The translations under genes were made by a program, and so were the position numbers. The notes under the pieces were generated by a model. It was given only the letters and a program-made list of their open reading frames with translations. It was not told the DNA's origin and made no database searches. Positions 26,660 to 38,668 of a stretch of DNA of 64,000 nucleotides are shown one piece after another; within the stretch, counting starts at the first letter, position 1, and each line of letters opens with the position of its first letter. Source of the stretch: Octopus sinensis (taxonomy: Eukaryota); NCBI RefSeq assembly GCF_006345805.1, contig NC_043004.1, positions 77,314,001 through 77,378,000 on the forward strand. Reading direction: 5' to 3'.

Positions 26660-26910
26660 AACGATGGTTATGTTATGAACCTCATTAGCTTACAGCTATT
26701 TCTGCTATATGATGCAGTCAGTAATGACTTTCGCACTGGTAATGCCTTTCCTGTATATTGCTCAAATGTAATTCTTTTCCAGAATTGCACTTCATGTTCG
26801 AGGCTCTGATGTAGATACAGCATGCTTTTCAGGCACTCAACTATAAGTCCACTGCATTTTATATCAGAAACAACTATAAGCTAATGAAATTCATAATATA
26901 ACCATCGTTA
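26660..26910. mobile_element. Inverted-repeat element with a degenerate hammerhead
   Basis: Arms 26660-26720 and 26851-26910; plus strand GCT-CTGATGT...ATC-A-GAAAC-AACT-ATA-AGC (26803-26881). Confidence 0.6.
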
Positions 26911-27043
26911 TGCCATCACCTTTTCTTATCATGCTATATACAGTTTTCAAACACTCTGTTCTGAGTTCTACACCAGCTATTAGCATCGTAATATCTAAGC
27001 GAAAATATATATATATATATATATATATATTTATTATATAATA

Positions 27044-27086
<43 letters not shown>

Positions 27087-27087
27087 A

Positions 27088-27203
27088 TGGCCTGCTTGCT
27101 TAGCCAGCGGGGTGGCGTCATTCAAGGCTAAAACAATGCGAACGATTGTAACCAGCGATGTGTAACTACATCTGATGGACTGGTCGGTCACGTGATCACG
27201 TGA
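27088..27203 (+). mobile_element. SINE family C variant, 3' tail only
   Basis: Matches 47468-47582. Confidence 0.75.
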
Positions 27204-27204
27204 T

Positions 27205-27235
<31 letters not shown>

Positions 27236-27494
27236 TATATATATAGAACGCAAAACACCTGGATGACTAGGTGATACAAAAAGGACAACAAAAAATCCAG
27301 ATAAATGATACAAAAAACAAGGACGGGTCATTCGAAGCCTTTTATCTTCAGTCAAGAACCGGATCATCCTCGCAATTGAGGCTGATTAATCTTGAGATTG
27401 CTCCAATCTGGCCAGTCCCAAGGAAAAACTAAGCTAAAGCATTAGATTCCTTGGAAGAAAGCATCGAATGTATACGAATATATATATATTATAT

Positions 27495-27633
<139 letters not shown>

Positions 27634-27792
27634 TATTGTATGTATGTATGTATATGTATATGTATGTATATATTTTGTGTGTGCATATATATATATATAT
27701 ATATAATAATACAGAAATTCGGGGTGAGTACTTGATAATTGTAAGCACCTGTATATACCGTTTAGTGGTGTAGGTGGTGGAAGTTGTTGTGC

Positions 27793-27911
27793 GCGGCTGA
27801 AGAAGGCCACAGACATACATTATGCATTGTTATAAATGAGTTCTACAGTGGTGTAGAACATTATGCATTGTTATAAATCTGTCTAATAAAGGCCCGAAAC
27901 ATATGTACCGC
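27793..27911 (+). ncRNA. Type I hammerhead motif with canonical core and long stem II insert
   Basis: GCGG-CTGAAGA-AGGCC...GGCCC-GAAAC-ATAT-GTA-CCGC. Confidence 0.75.
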
Positions 27912-27947
27912 TGAGTCCTTGGCATCATGTTTTTATTTTGATCAATT

Positions 27948-28004
<57 letters not shown>

Positions 28005-28289
28005 TGTGTGTTAGAGAGAGGGGTAGAGACAACAACATGTATAAAGTAGATATCAGTGCCCATATAATGATTGTTGATGGGTTGGAAAGATAAATCTGTC
28101 CAAGTTATAGTCGACTTCACTCGTAAATTGAATCCAGACCCAAGTGACAACAAAACGCTACGTAATGTCCACTGTCCTAATTATACCTTCATATAACATG
28201 TTACGTTCCATTTTCTTACATTTTCAATTACGTTATACATTTTTTGGCTTTGTTCTCTCAATTGTCTTTTATTATTGTTGCAGCAGCAT

Positions 28290-28460
28290 TTCTTCCGACT
28301 CCATGTGCGAGAGTTCAAATCCCAGCCAGGATCAAGTTTGTCTTTCACTCTTCCAAAGACAATAAAACAGGTATCAGTCGAGTATAGGGATAAATGAAAT
28401 CGACTTTGACCCAGTCCCTAAAATTTCTAGCCGGATGCCAAAATTTGAAGTCATTATTTA
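28290..28460 (+). mobile_element. SINE family A, old headless copy
   Basis: GAGTTCAAATCCC B-box and CCAAAATTTGAAG tail. Confidence 0.6.
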
Positions 28461-28717
28461 GCTCCAGATTAGTCCTAACAGAGTAGATTTGTGACCAAGA
28501 CATTCCACCCGAGATTATCCGTTTCATTTCAGATACGGTATAATGTAAATCGAGGTGTATTATGTATTCTTCTCTTTTTAAAGATAGTTGTGTACTTTGA
28601 GGGAGATTTGACTGCTATGCTGAACGACCACACGGAAACTCTCACTCAATACGTTTGTTTATAATGTTTAGCTTTGCTAATATCAGATGTCGCAGCTGTT
28701 GAGTGTGTGTGTGTGTG

Positions 28718-28769
<52 letters not shown>

Positions 28770-28841
28770 TGGTGTGTGTTTTCATCTATGTGCGTGTGAG
28801 CACAAATGGATAGCTAGCTAAATAGATAGATAGATAGCTGA

Positions 28842-28884
<43 letters not shown>

Positions 28885-29166
28885 TATATAATATTATATG
28901 ATATATATATTGTCCGGGAGTCTCTTCTTATAGTAGAAGAAATAGCTAAGGTTCTTTGGGTGTTATTTCTAAACTTTGGTATGTGGTAAAGCAAATCTTT
29001 GCTGAACCCTAATTATAATTATACTCGTAATTGTAAAATATTGTTTAAGTTTACCGAAAAATGGTCCTTTCTTCATGCCGAATTCTACTTGGTGGAATTA
29101 TTAATTACTAGTTAATTAATTGATTTTACCCTTTATTATTATTGATTATACTATATATAATATATA

Positions 29167-29258
<92 letters not shown>

Positions 29259-30195
29259 ATTATTATGATTATATATAATTATATATATATAATATATATA
29301 TAATATATATATATTATTATTATTATTATTATATATATATTATTATATATAATATATATTAATATATATCATCATCATCATCATCATCATCACCAGGTAT
29401 CGCAGATGTCATATGTTTCAATAATTATATGTTCTAATAATCAAATGTTGCGATCCTTACGTGTCATATTACTTAAGTGTTGTGTAATTCAGCTGATGTG
29501 GAAATACATGTTGCAATAGTCAGGTGTTGCGATAGTCAAGTATTAAAACACGGTCAGATGTTGCGAATGTCATTGATTCGAAATATTGTTTTCGGCCGAT
29601 AAACAGCCGGCATTAGAAGCAGTTGCGGTGCATGCACTAAAGCATGTCAAGACATGGGTGTGTGAACTTTGTGTGATTCGTAAATATGTACAGAGTATAC
29701 ATGTGTGTGACTGTGCCTGCTTCTGTGTGTGTGTGTATGCATGTGCGTGTGTATGTGCATGCGTGCGCACGCGTGTACGCGCTTGCATGCGTGTGTCGAC
29801 ATTGAAATAAGCGCATTGTCTCATACTTATTACTTCGTAGTTGTTTACATACATTTGATATGGACATTGACATGTATACGGATGAATCTTCAGGCATATA
29901 TAATTATAGCAATAAATATAGTCACAGCACTGTAATTGCCAGAGTTCTACGACTATACAACAACAAATACATGAGAAGTACAATAAATTTGAAATGTTCG
30001 CCAGTTTAAAAGCTTGGGCAAGTTTTGATCATAAAAGATAGAGAAATAAAACGTTTTGATCATAAAAGATGGACAGATAAAAGTTTGACCATAAAAGATT
30101 AATTGAAGGGAAAATGATAACGCAAATATGTTTCCATAGTAACATAACTTTATCAACATATTTGGTTGGATAAAATACTGCTAAGAGCTTCTTAC

Positions 30196-31069
30196 CTGCA
30201 TTCCGCTCGTAGTGAATTCAGTTTTAAACCCGTTTAAACGGGTTCGATGTATCTAAGCAATCATGCTTTATTACTCCTCTCGTTAGATATACAAATGCAT
30301 TTATTTTATTTATACATTCATATTTATATTTATATTTCTCTCTGTCTTCTGCTAGAATCCGATGAGATGAGAATGGATGAAGATGAAGTTCCAGTCTGAA
30401 TGAAGTTTGACATAAATAAATCTGGCTTGACAATGTCTTCAGTTTCGATTAATTACTCTTTCTAGTTCCAATTAAGAAGCATTTTTCAATTAAAATTCAT
30501 TTACATTCCCATTTAAACAATTCATTAACAGTTGTTACATAGTAATCAGTTTGCTGCAATGCAATTAATTTGAGATAATGAAAATAATAAGCTACAAAAA
30601 CTGGACTGATTCCGAGGCAATGTATCCAATTAGCAACAATTAAAAGTAAACTTCACGAAGTTAATAAATGTGTTGCTCAGCGAATGTCTCTGTTGATTTC
30701 ACTTGAGTGCTGCAGGCAAAAATATCCGACAAGATCATTGGGAAGAAATCAAAGAAAGATAGAGACTTTTATTAGCATTAATATAAATAGCTGCAGGAAT
30801 TAGTGTCCCATAGTAAGGAATGATGTCATCAGCATATATATCTTCTTCGACAGTGGTTTCTCCGACAGGAGGAATCTGTGACACGAGCAAACCTTGGTAC
30901 ACACCCACCTTTAAGGCACGCTGGTGAACTACTGCAGTAACAAATCAGTAAACAAACAACTACGTTTCGATCGTAATCAACGCATCGTAGTCTTTCCTCC
31001 CATCATTCGTCGCTAGCTGGACCCCATTTTCTGCTTAGTTTCCTCTCAGACTCTCCCTCCCTCTCTCTT

Positions 31070-31112
<43 letters not shown>

Positions 31113-31150
31113 TTCGCACTGTTTCACTCGCTCCCACCACCACTTTCGTC
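30196..31150 (-). other. Candidate long 5' exon of a minus-strand host gene, ending ATG CAG|GTAAG
   Basis: Consensus donor at 30196/30195; about 0.9 kb of TE-free sequence with a (GA)n tract; promoter-like motifs immediately upstream. No transcript evidence. Confidence 0.3.
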
Positions 31151-31169
31151 ACACACAGTTTCATGAATG

Positions 31170-31235
31170 GCCAACAAAGAACCAATTAGCTTCGTCCTTT
31201 TTGCCCCGCCCATTTCAAGACGCGCCTGAATGAAC
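31170..31235. promoter_or_regulatory. Candidate core promoter (CCAAT box, GC box)
   Basis: CCAAT at 31182, GCCCCGCCC at 31203-31211, local CpG enrichment in AT-rich surroundings. Confidence 0.3.
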
Positions 31236-31985
31236 TTCATCACAAGCAAAACACACACACAATGCAAATATGTGTATACGCACACGTGTGTATATTTCTT
31301 ATAAAACTACATGCACACACATATATACACACATACACACACACACACACACACAGACGCTACGTGTGTGCGTGTGCGTGCGTTTGTGGAGTGTATATGT
31401 GTGTGCGTGTGGAGTGTATATATATATGTGTGTGTGTGTGTGTCACAAATTTATAAGCGATATATATGTGTGCATATGTATGTATACAATGCATTTCTAA
31501 GCGACACACACATATATGTGTGTGAGTGTGTGTGTGTGGTGTGTGTGTGCGTGTGTGTGTGTGTGTGTGTGCGTGTGTGATATCATATGCATGTATTTGC
31601 GAATTTCTGACTTTATTTCTGTGTGTGCGTCTGTAAAGTTATTTACATTTGAATATATTTGACTTTTTTTGTATTTGCAGTCCTTGCCACTTCCGGTATC
31701 ACTTTGGTCCGGGCAGATTTTACTATAATAATAATACGCTTGATAACAATAACTGCTTTATAACACGATTCGAGATAACACACACACACACATACATTCA
31801 TATATATATATATACATATGTGTATGTGTGTGTGAATATACATATATATATATATATGTGTATATATATATGTATATATATGTATATATATGTATATATA
31901 TGTATATATATGTATATATATAACGGGAAGCTTTATGAAAATAAACAAAAGACGAAGGCAGGTGGAAATATATGTATTATATATG

Positions 31986-32030
<45 letters not shown>

Positions 32031-32067
32031 ATATATAATTTATATACATATATATACATATATATAC

Positions 32068-32173
<106 letters not shown>

Positions 32174-32174
32174 G

Positions 32175-32454
32175 TACTTCTCTTTTACCATTTACATGCT
32201 CATCTCATTGGATTGCGACCACGCTGAGGAACCACCTCAGTGGGTGTTAGTCAACAAATCGATCCCAGTACTTCTTTTAAGTCTGGTACTTATTCTGTCA
32301 AACTCTTTTGCCGAACCGGCATGTTACGGATACATAATTAAACCACACCAGTTGTCAAACGGTGAGTGGAACGCAAACGCAACACAACACCAAACACACA
32401 CAAACATACACACTCACACACATACGTACATACATATATACATTATATATATAT

Positions 32455-32488
<34 letters not shown>

Positions 32489-32660
32489 CCTATATATATA
32501 TAATATATATATAACGGTTTTCCTCGGTTTCCTTAGTTTCGTCTACCAAATTCATTCACAAGGCATCGATCGGCCAGGACTCTTTGTAGAAATTACAACG
32601 CAGAGAGACTAAACTCGAAACTGCGTGATTGCAAAGTGAACTTCTTAACACGGAGCCACA
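32175..32660 (-). mobile_element. SINE family B, near full length with expanded internal microsatellite
   Basis: TTTTGCCGAACCGGCATGTTACGG and TTTCGTCTACCAAATTCATTCACAAGG motifs. Confidence 0.8.
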
Positions 32661-32705
32661 CGTCGTCTTCAATAATACATACACCACACACACCACACAC
32701 ACACA

Positions 32706-32737
<32 letters not shown>

Positions 32738-32774
32738 TATATTATGTGTGTGTGTGTATGTGTGTGGGTGTATG

Positions 32775-32812
<38 letters not shown>

Positions 32813-32819
<7 letters not shown>

Positions 32820-33268
32820 AATAAGGATAATATCGATATTTAAATATCGATCGTATCGAGTGGCCAGCATGGGAATAAATACCATACAAAGGTAACAATT
32901 ATTTAAAAGTATAAATTAGGGTATCTGAGAGATACCACCATGCTAAAATACCAGTCAAAACCCTGACCCTAAAGCCACAGCGCTAGGAGAGAAGACAGAG
33001 AGACAAAATAAACTAGCAAAAAAAGATTTTTCTGGATAATTCAAGATCCTGGATTTCTGGCTTTGCATGAGAAGCTCTGCCTTCTTCAGTTGAATATACC
33101 AGATAGACACATAAATACAGATATATATATATATAGAACATACGTTATACCCACTTATACGAACGCTCATACATACATATGCACAAGACCAGCTTAAACC
33201 ACCCGCCAAACAGCTCAATGCGCTAAATTTATAAGTAAGTTAATATCGATATTATCCTTACTTATAAA
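32813..33268 (-). mobile_element. ORF-less element with about 30-bp terminal inverted repeats, containing a hammerhead
   Basis: TTTATAAATAAGGATAATATCGATATT at left; AATATCGATATTATCCTTACTTATAAA at right. Confidence 0.65.
33039..33095 (-). ncRNA. Type I hammerhead motif, canonical core, AUC cleavage triplet
   Basis: Minus strand ATTCAA-CTGAAGA-A GGC...GCC A-GAAAT-CCAGG-ATC-TTGAAT (6-bp stem I). Confidence 0.75.
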
Positions 33269-33289
33269 TTTATATATTTCGTCATTGTA

Positions 33290-33803
33290 TTCACTGCAGT
33301 ATTTATTTTAAACAAAATCTCATCGTAATTGTTGAAGAGCCAGCAGAGAAGCTTGGATTTGATCGTTCAACCAGTCATTCAAGTCAGCGCTAGAAGAAAA
33401 ACGACCACCTTTGGTTTCAAGATGAAAGGTGTTCTTCCACCAGGATAATGCTCGGCAACATACAACGAGGATGACATTCCAAAGGCCGGAGCAGTTTGAA
33501 TGGGAAACGATGCCACATCCACCGGCGGACATTGCCCCATTTGATTATCATGTATTCCGCAGTTTTCAAAATTATTTGGACGGAAAAATATGAATTCTGT
33601 AGACGTGGTCAGAACAGTACTGGAGGAGTAATTTTCGTCACGGACAAGTGAATTCTGGAAGAAGGAACTTGCAAGCCTACCAGATAGATGGAAGAACATT
33701 GTAGAAAATGAAGGAGAGTATATTTTTGATTAAAACAAGAACTTTGTTTTTCAATTTTGAAAAACAAAGCTGTGTAAAAAAAAACCGCATTATTTATGGG
33801 ATG

Positions 33804-33810
<7 letters not shown>
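33290..33810 (+). mobile_element. Mariner (D34D) internally deleted relic with right TIR
   Basis: AEKLGFDRST joined to LEEKRPPLV; FHQDNARQHT, MPHPP..DIAPFDYHVFRSFQNYLDG, LPDRWKNIVENEGEYIFD*; TIR CCGCATTATTTATGGGATGATCCAATA. Confidence 0.88.
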
Positions 33811-33855
<45 letters not shown>

Positions 33856-33922
33856 CAGCAATGTAACTACACACGTGCTGTTGGCGATTTTTTTTGTCTT
33901 CTTTGGACATTTCCCTTTCTTC

Positions 33923-33955
33923 TTTCCGACGAAGCGCTATGCTCGAAATGTCAAA
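33923..33955 (+). ncRNA. Minimal hammerhead-like motif, CCGACGA core
   Basis: TTT-CCGACGA-AGCGCTATGCTC-GAAA-TG-TC-AAA; weak stems. Confidence 0.45.
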
Positions 33956-34100
33956 AACTCTCTTTTTTACCGAGCGTCAAGCTAATACATTCCTTGTGCA
34001 GTCCTCCTTTTAATTTTATTATTCGTTTATTTGAATTGATTGTTTATTTGAAATGACTATATATATATAAATATATATAAGTGTGTGTGTATGTGTGTGT

Positions 34101-34490
34101 ATAGGGTGGGTGAAAAGTAAGTAGGCTTTAAAAATTGGTAACAAAATCCATATTCCTTTTACAAATTTATTGAAACAAATGATACATGTTCTTTATTAAA
34201 TGGTAAAATGAAAGTAAATTTTCATATATCAATGGCGTAATCCACTTTCCTCAAATGGCCAGGGATGAATCAACAACCTTCTGAAGGTCGTCATCTGGGA
34301 TATCACTGAGAATCCCCTGAAACCGTGTCTCCAAGTCCTCCAGTATGCAAAGTTTTGTCTTGTACACCTCACTTGTGTAACCTCACAAGTAAAAATCACA
34401 TGGAGTGAGATCTGGACTTCTTGGAGGTCATTCCACATTCCAGAAGAAAGAGAAGTCTATTCAAAAATGGAACTGGTAACTTCCATTATT
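34101..34490 (-). mobile_element. Tc3/maT-like transposon 3' end
   Basis: Minus strand PPRSPDLTPCDFYL, SEVYKTKL..LEDLETRF; terminal AGGGTGG TIR-like sequence at 34103. Confidence 0.7.
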
Positions 34491-35469
34491 CCTTGCCATG
34501 AATTATCATGAAATATTCACCCTTGGAACTGCTAGTGGCCTTTATATATAACTTTATTGCTTGTTCGATCATGGAACTACCTAACACATATACTTTTCAC
34601 TCTGGTCCTTCTTTCATTTTTCAAAAAATTCTCGATTTTGGATATTATCCATTTTATATTTTCTGCTCAAGGTGATGTGCCATGTGATTGAACCCAAAGC
34701 CATAATTGCAGAGCAAAATTCTTAACTACACATCCATGATAGCACCCACTTCTAGTGGTGTGTACTGTCGATAGTCTGATACTGCGACACGGCATTAATT
34801 CCTAATTGGCGTCCTTTCGATGCGTCGATGTCAATAATGCTAATGCTAAAACACCCATTCTCTCTTTGTCTCTCTCTTTCTCTCCCCCTCTGTCTCTCTC
34901 TCCCTCTCATTCCCCCCTCTCTCTCTAAATGTGAAGGCGTTTGTACTTTAAAAGATGTCTGCACTTATTTCTTCGGGAACACAATTCTTCACCTAGTTAC
35001 AGAGAAGACTGAAGTGATTGTGTGACATTCATACCTTTTTCAAGTAGATTAGTGGCGTAAATGAAGTTAGGGAACTACTAGCATAAATTGAAATTGATTG
35101 GTGTACTTGGCTTGTCGAGAAACTCCACTGGATGAAGTCATTTTATTTATTTTGGAAAAGAGGAAAATAAAGTATATTGCTCCCGAGGACGTGATCTTGT
35201 ATCATTCAGGCCGTTGCAAGGACTTGAATGGTATCTTTTAAATTTCGGATAGCAATTGATAGCTGAAGCTTTCCTCTAGTTTCATTGCTTGAAATGAAAT
35301 ATAGATTTATCACAGGTTATATTTAAAATGAGATATAGGTTTACCACCTCAACTTATAGTTTCAATCGATAAAACAAGACATTTCTAATACCCTCAAAAC
35401 AAAAGCATACTTTTTTGTTGAACTGGTTTCAAGTTCGATGCAATGATTTTCAGTAGCAATAAAATATTC

Positions 35470-35835
35470 TCTTTTACTCTTTTACTTGTTTCAGTCATTT
35501 GACTGTGGCCATGCTGGAGCACCGCCTTTAGTCGAGCAAATCGACCCCAGGACTTATTCTTTGTAAGCCTAGTACTTATTCTATCGGTCTCTTTTGCCGA
35601 ACCGCTAAGTTACGGGGATGTAAACACACCAGCATCGGTTGTCAAGCGATGTTGGTGGGACAAACACAGACACACAAACACATATGCATATATACGACGG
35701 GCTTCTTTCAGTTTCCGTCTACCAAATCCACTCACAAGGCTATAGTAGAAGACATTTGCCCAAAGTGCCACGCAGTGGGACTGAATCCGGAACCATGTGG
35801 TTTGTAAGCAAGCTACTTACCACACGGCCACTCCT
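35470..35835 (-). mobile_element. SINE family B, near full length
   Basis: Head reads GGAGTGGCCGTGTGGTAAGTAGCTTGC on the minus strand; complete body and tail. Confidence 0.92.
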
Positions 35836-36184
35836 ACGCCAATGATATTCTGTAGAATATGTGTTAAAAAGAGAGAATAAAAATAATTACTTTATTCTGT
35901 TAGGAGAGGATACGATCTCTGAAACAAGGGAGATCCCATTCGTTATCTTGTTCTCAATCGTTTCTCTTTTTTCTATTCTGCTGTCATGGTTACTGACATA
36001 GGAAAAAGTTTAGGGCCAAGATATGAACCATTGACTACTATCCAAAACAATGCCGACTTCCCCATTCATCTCGACTCCTTTGAAGGTTTATTTAATTGCT
36101 AATGATAATTGTAACATGTAAACGTTTCCATATATTTTATATTTTAATTTTATAGATATTAAGGTGGTATTTATTCAGTTTCTT

Positions 36185-36515
36185 CATGCAGGCTTAGCTG
36201 TGTGATAAAAGCTTGCTTCCCAACCACACGGTTCCGAGTTCAGTTCCCTTGTGTGTAGATTTAGTGAACGGAAACTGAAAGAAGCCCATCATATATAAAT
36301 GTGTGTGTGTTTGTCCTCCCCCACACACACACACACAATTGCTTGAAAACCGGTGTTTGTGTATTTACGTCCCCGTAACCTAGCGGTTCGACAAAGAGAC
36401 CGATAGAATAAATACTAGGCTTAAGAAATAAGTCCTGGGGTTGAATTGTTCGACACAAACACTTCATTGGCCGTAGTCACATGACTGAAACAAATAAAAG
36501 AATAAAAGAATAATT
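36185..36515 (+). mobile_element. SINE family B with internal deletion
   Basis: GCTGTGTGATAAAAGCTTGCTTCCCAACC head; tail GACTGAAACAAATAAAAGAATAAAAG. Confidence 0.85.
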
Positions 36516-37562
36516 ATTCCGCTTATCCGTAAGTTTTTATTTGTTTAATATTTACACAAAGCTGCAGTCAAGTGGCTTCCGGTCAATTCACTCGATCTCT
36601 GTACCGGATACTTATCTTAACAACCCAAGAAAGACGGAAGACAGAAATACCCAAGCGAGATTTAGACCAAGCGAAACTAAATTATGCAAGAAGAATGAAG
36701 ATATTCACTAAATCTTCCTAGTCATTGAGTCACTGTAATGAAATCATGGGTGAGTCATTCTACGGACCCTTATCTCTTTAAGAGTCCAAACATCTCCAAA
36801 ACACCAGAAGGCACAAAAGCATGCAATAACTTAAATGGTTCAAATATAAATTGAACCTGGGCGATATATATTTCTTTATTGCTCACAAGGGGCTAAACAT
36901 AGAGGTGACGTTGATTAGCCTTAAGTTAACCTCTATCGAAGTGACCAAATGTGTTCTAACTGAAACCATCCCAGCTATACTTTTCTTTTTTCTTTTTCAA
37001 ATATACTATTCAATTGGTCCTTAACTATTTTAAAGACATTGAGGTGTGATGTTAGAGAAATTTGGCTGCTGACCAGTAAAAGTTCCTTCGTTGGTACTTG
37101 TGAGCAGTTCAATTTTCTCAAACATGAAGTACAACCAAGAAAAACAATATAAACACTCAAAACAAAATGGCGCCCATAGACTGAATGCGCTTATCTAGTT
37201 GAACAACAAAACAGAAAAACTAAAGAATGACTTTCTTCGTTTTTGTATCTGGTTTGCAAGCTTCTTTATGTGAAATCGTGTATTGAGACAAATTATGCTG
37301 TGTTTAGGGAGAGTCATTCTTAGGTAAAGCCATTTACCACCACATCTACTAATATAGTAATGCTCCTGGAAAAAAAAGCATGGACATTCCATCTTTCCAT
37401 CAGTATAGACATCACATCTCTCTTTAAAAAATATTTTAAAATCCTGATATAAAGTAATTAGCATAATTAATCAACTTTTTTAATTATTTATAGATGAAAT
37501 TTTAACCCTTTAGTGCTCAGATTACTCTGAAATATAATGCTTATTTATTTACTTTATTTTTA

Positions 37563-37843
37563 ACACACGCACTGGTTCACTTCCACTTTTTTATTAATTA
37601 GTCAATTGGTTAAATTAATCGATCGTTTGTTAGTTAAACAATCAGTCATTTGTTTTGCTTTTGTTTTTCGTTGAATCCTTTCGTTGCCACTCGCAGCCTA
37701 TATATTGATTTCTCTTTCAGTCTGTAACGAAAAACTAAAACAAAACAAACGACAGCCTATCTAACCAACAATTTAAACAAACGATCGATTCATTTAACCA
37801 ATTGACTAATAATAAAGGAGTGGAATTCAACCAGTGCGTGTGT
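37563..37843. mobile_element. MITE with long imperfect TIRs, TA-flanked
   Basis: TA|ACACACGCACTGGTT ... AACCAGTGCGTGTGT|TA; complementarity extends about 110-130 bp. Confidence 0.8.
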
Positions 37844-38392
37844 TATTGATATTGGCGTAATGACTCTCCCGAGACGCAATAAAGAATGGTTCTAATTTGC
37901 AAAAGTTCCCATGGTGGCTAATTGATTGAAATGGCAAAAATATTGAGTAAAAAAAATCACATGACATTAAGCCTTTATTTTAATTCAAATCATACTGAAA
38001 TAGAAGTTGCTTGTCCGCCAATAAAATATATACCAGTAATATACTGCGGTCGATTTAGTGCAATTATCCGGGGGATGCGTTGATGAGATTCAGAAAAAGT
38101 GTAGACCACAGTAATCATTAGCAATGTGTTCAAACGATGTTAGCTTAAATTAATTATTCAAAATCAGATTCAACACCTAAAGGTTTTCTTTTTAGCACAA
38201 AATTATGCTGATATGGATGTCTGACACCGTCAAAATGTCTTAGAGATATAAACAAATGAAGTCAACTGTTTTGATTTGACAAATATGACATCTTTTGGTG
38301 GCGGGGAAGGAAACCCACCGTCATCCAGCCTTCATTAATCCTGGAATTTCTTTCTCGATATCTTCCCTAAAACCTCTCTAACTCTGTGTGTG

Positions 38393-38446
<54 letters not shown>

Positions 38447-38539
38447 TGTATATTTTTCACTCTTTTTATCTAATTGTTTTAACTTCCTGCCGACACCTCC
38501 GACTATTTCTATCTCTCTCACATTCTTTCTACACACTCT

Positions 38540-38584
38540 CTCTCCCTCTCTCTCTCTCTTTCTCTATCTCTCTATCTCTTTCTC

Positions 38585-38668
<84 letters not shown>
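38540..38668. repeat. (CT)n microsatellite
   Basis: Read directly. Confidence 0.95.

Noticed and set aside
29401-30100. Repeat-spacer patterns as a CRISPR-like array
   Set aside because: Repeats are short, degenerate and irregular; eukaryotic context; no cas genes
30356-30399. Plus-strand terminal mini-exon (E)SDEMRMDEDEVPV* after a good acceptor
   Set aside because: Only 14 codons, no supported upstream exon, and it overlaps the alternative minus-strand 5' exon model; cannot be resolved without RNA data
37563-37843. MITE as another hammerhead foldback
   Set aside because: No core with closing stems found; the TA flanks fit a Tc1/mariner-type MITE
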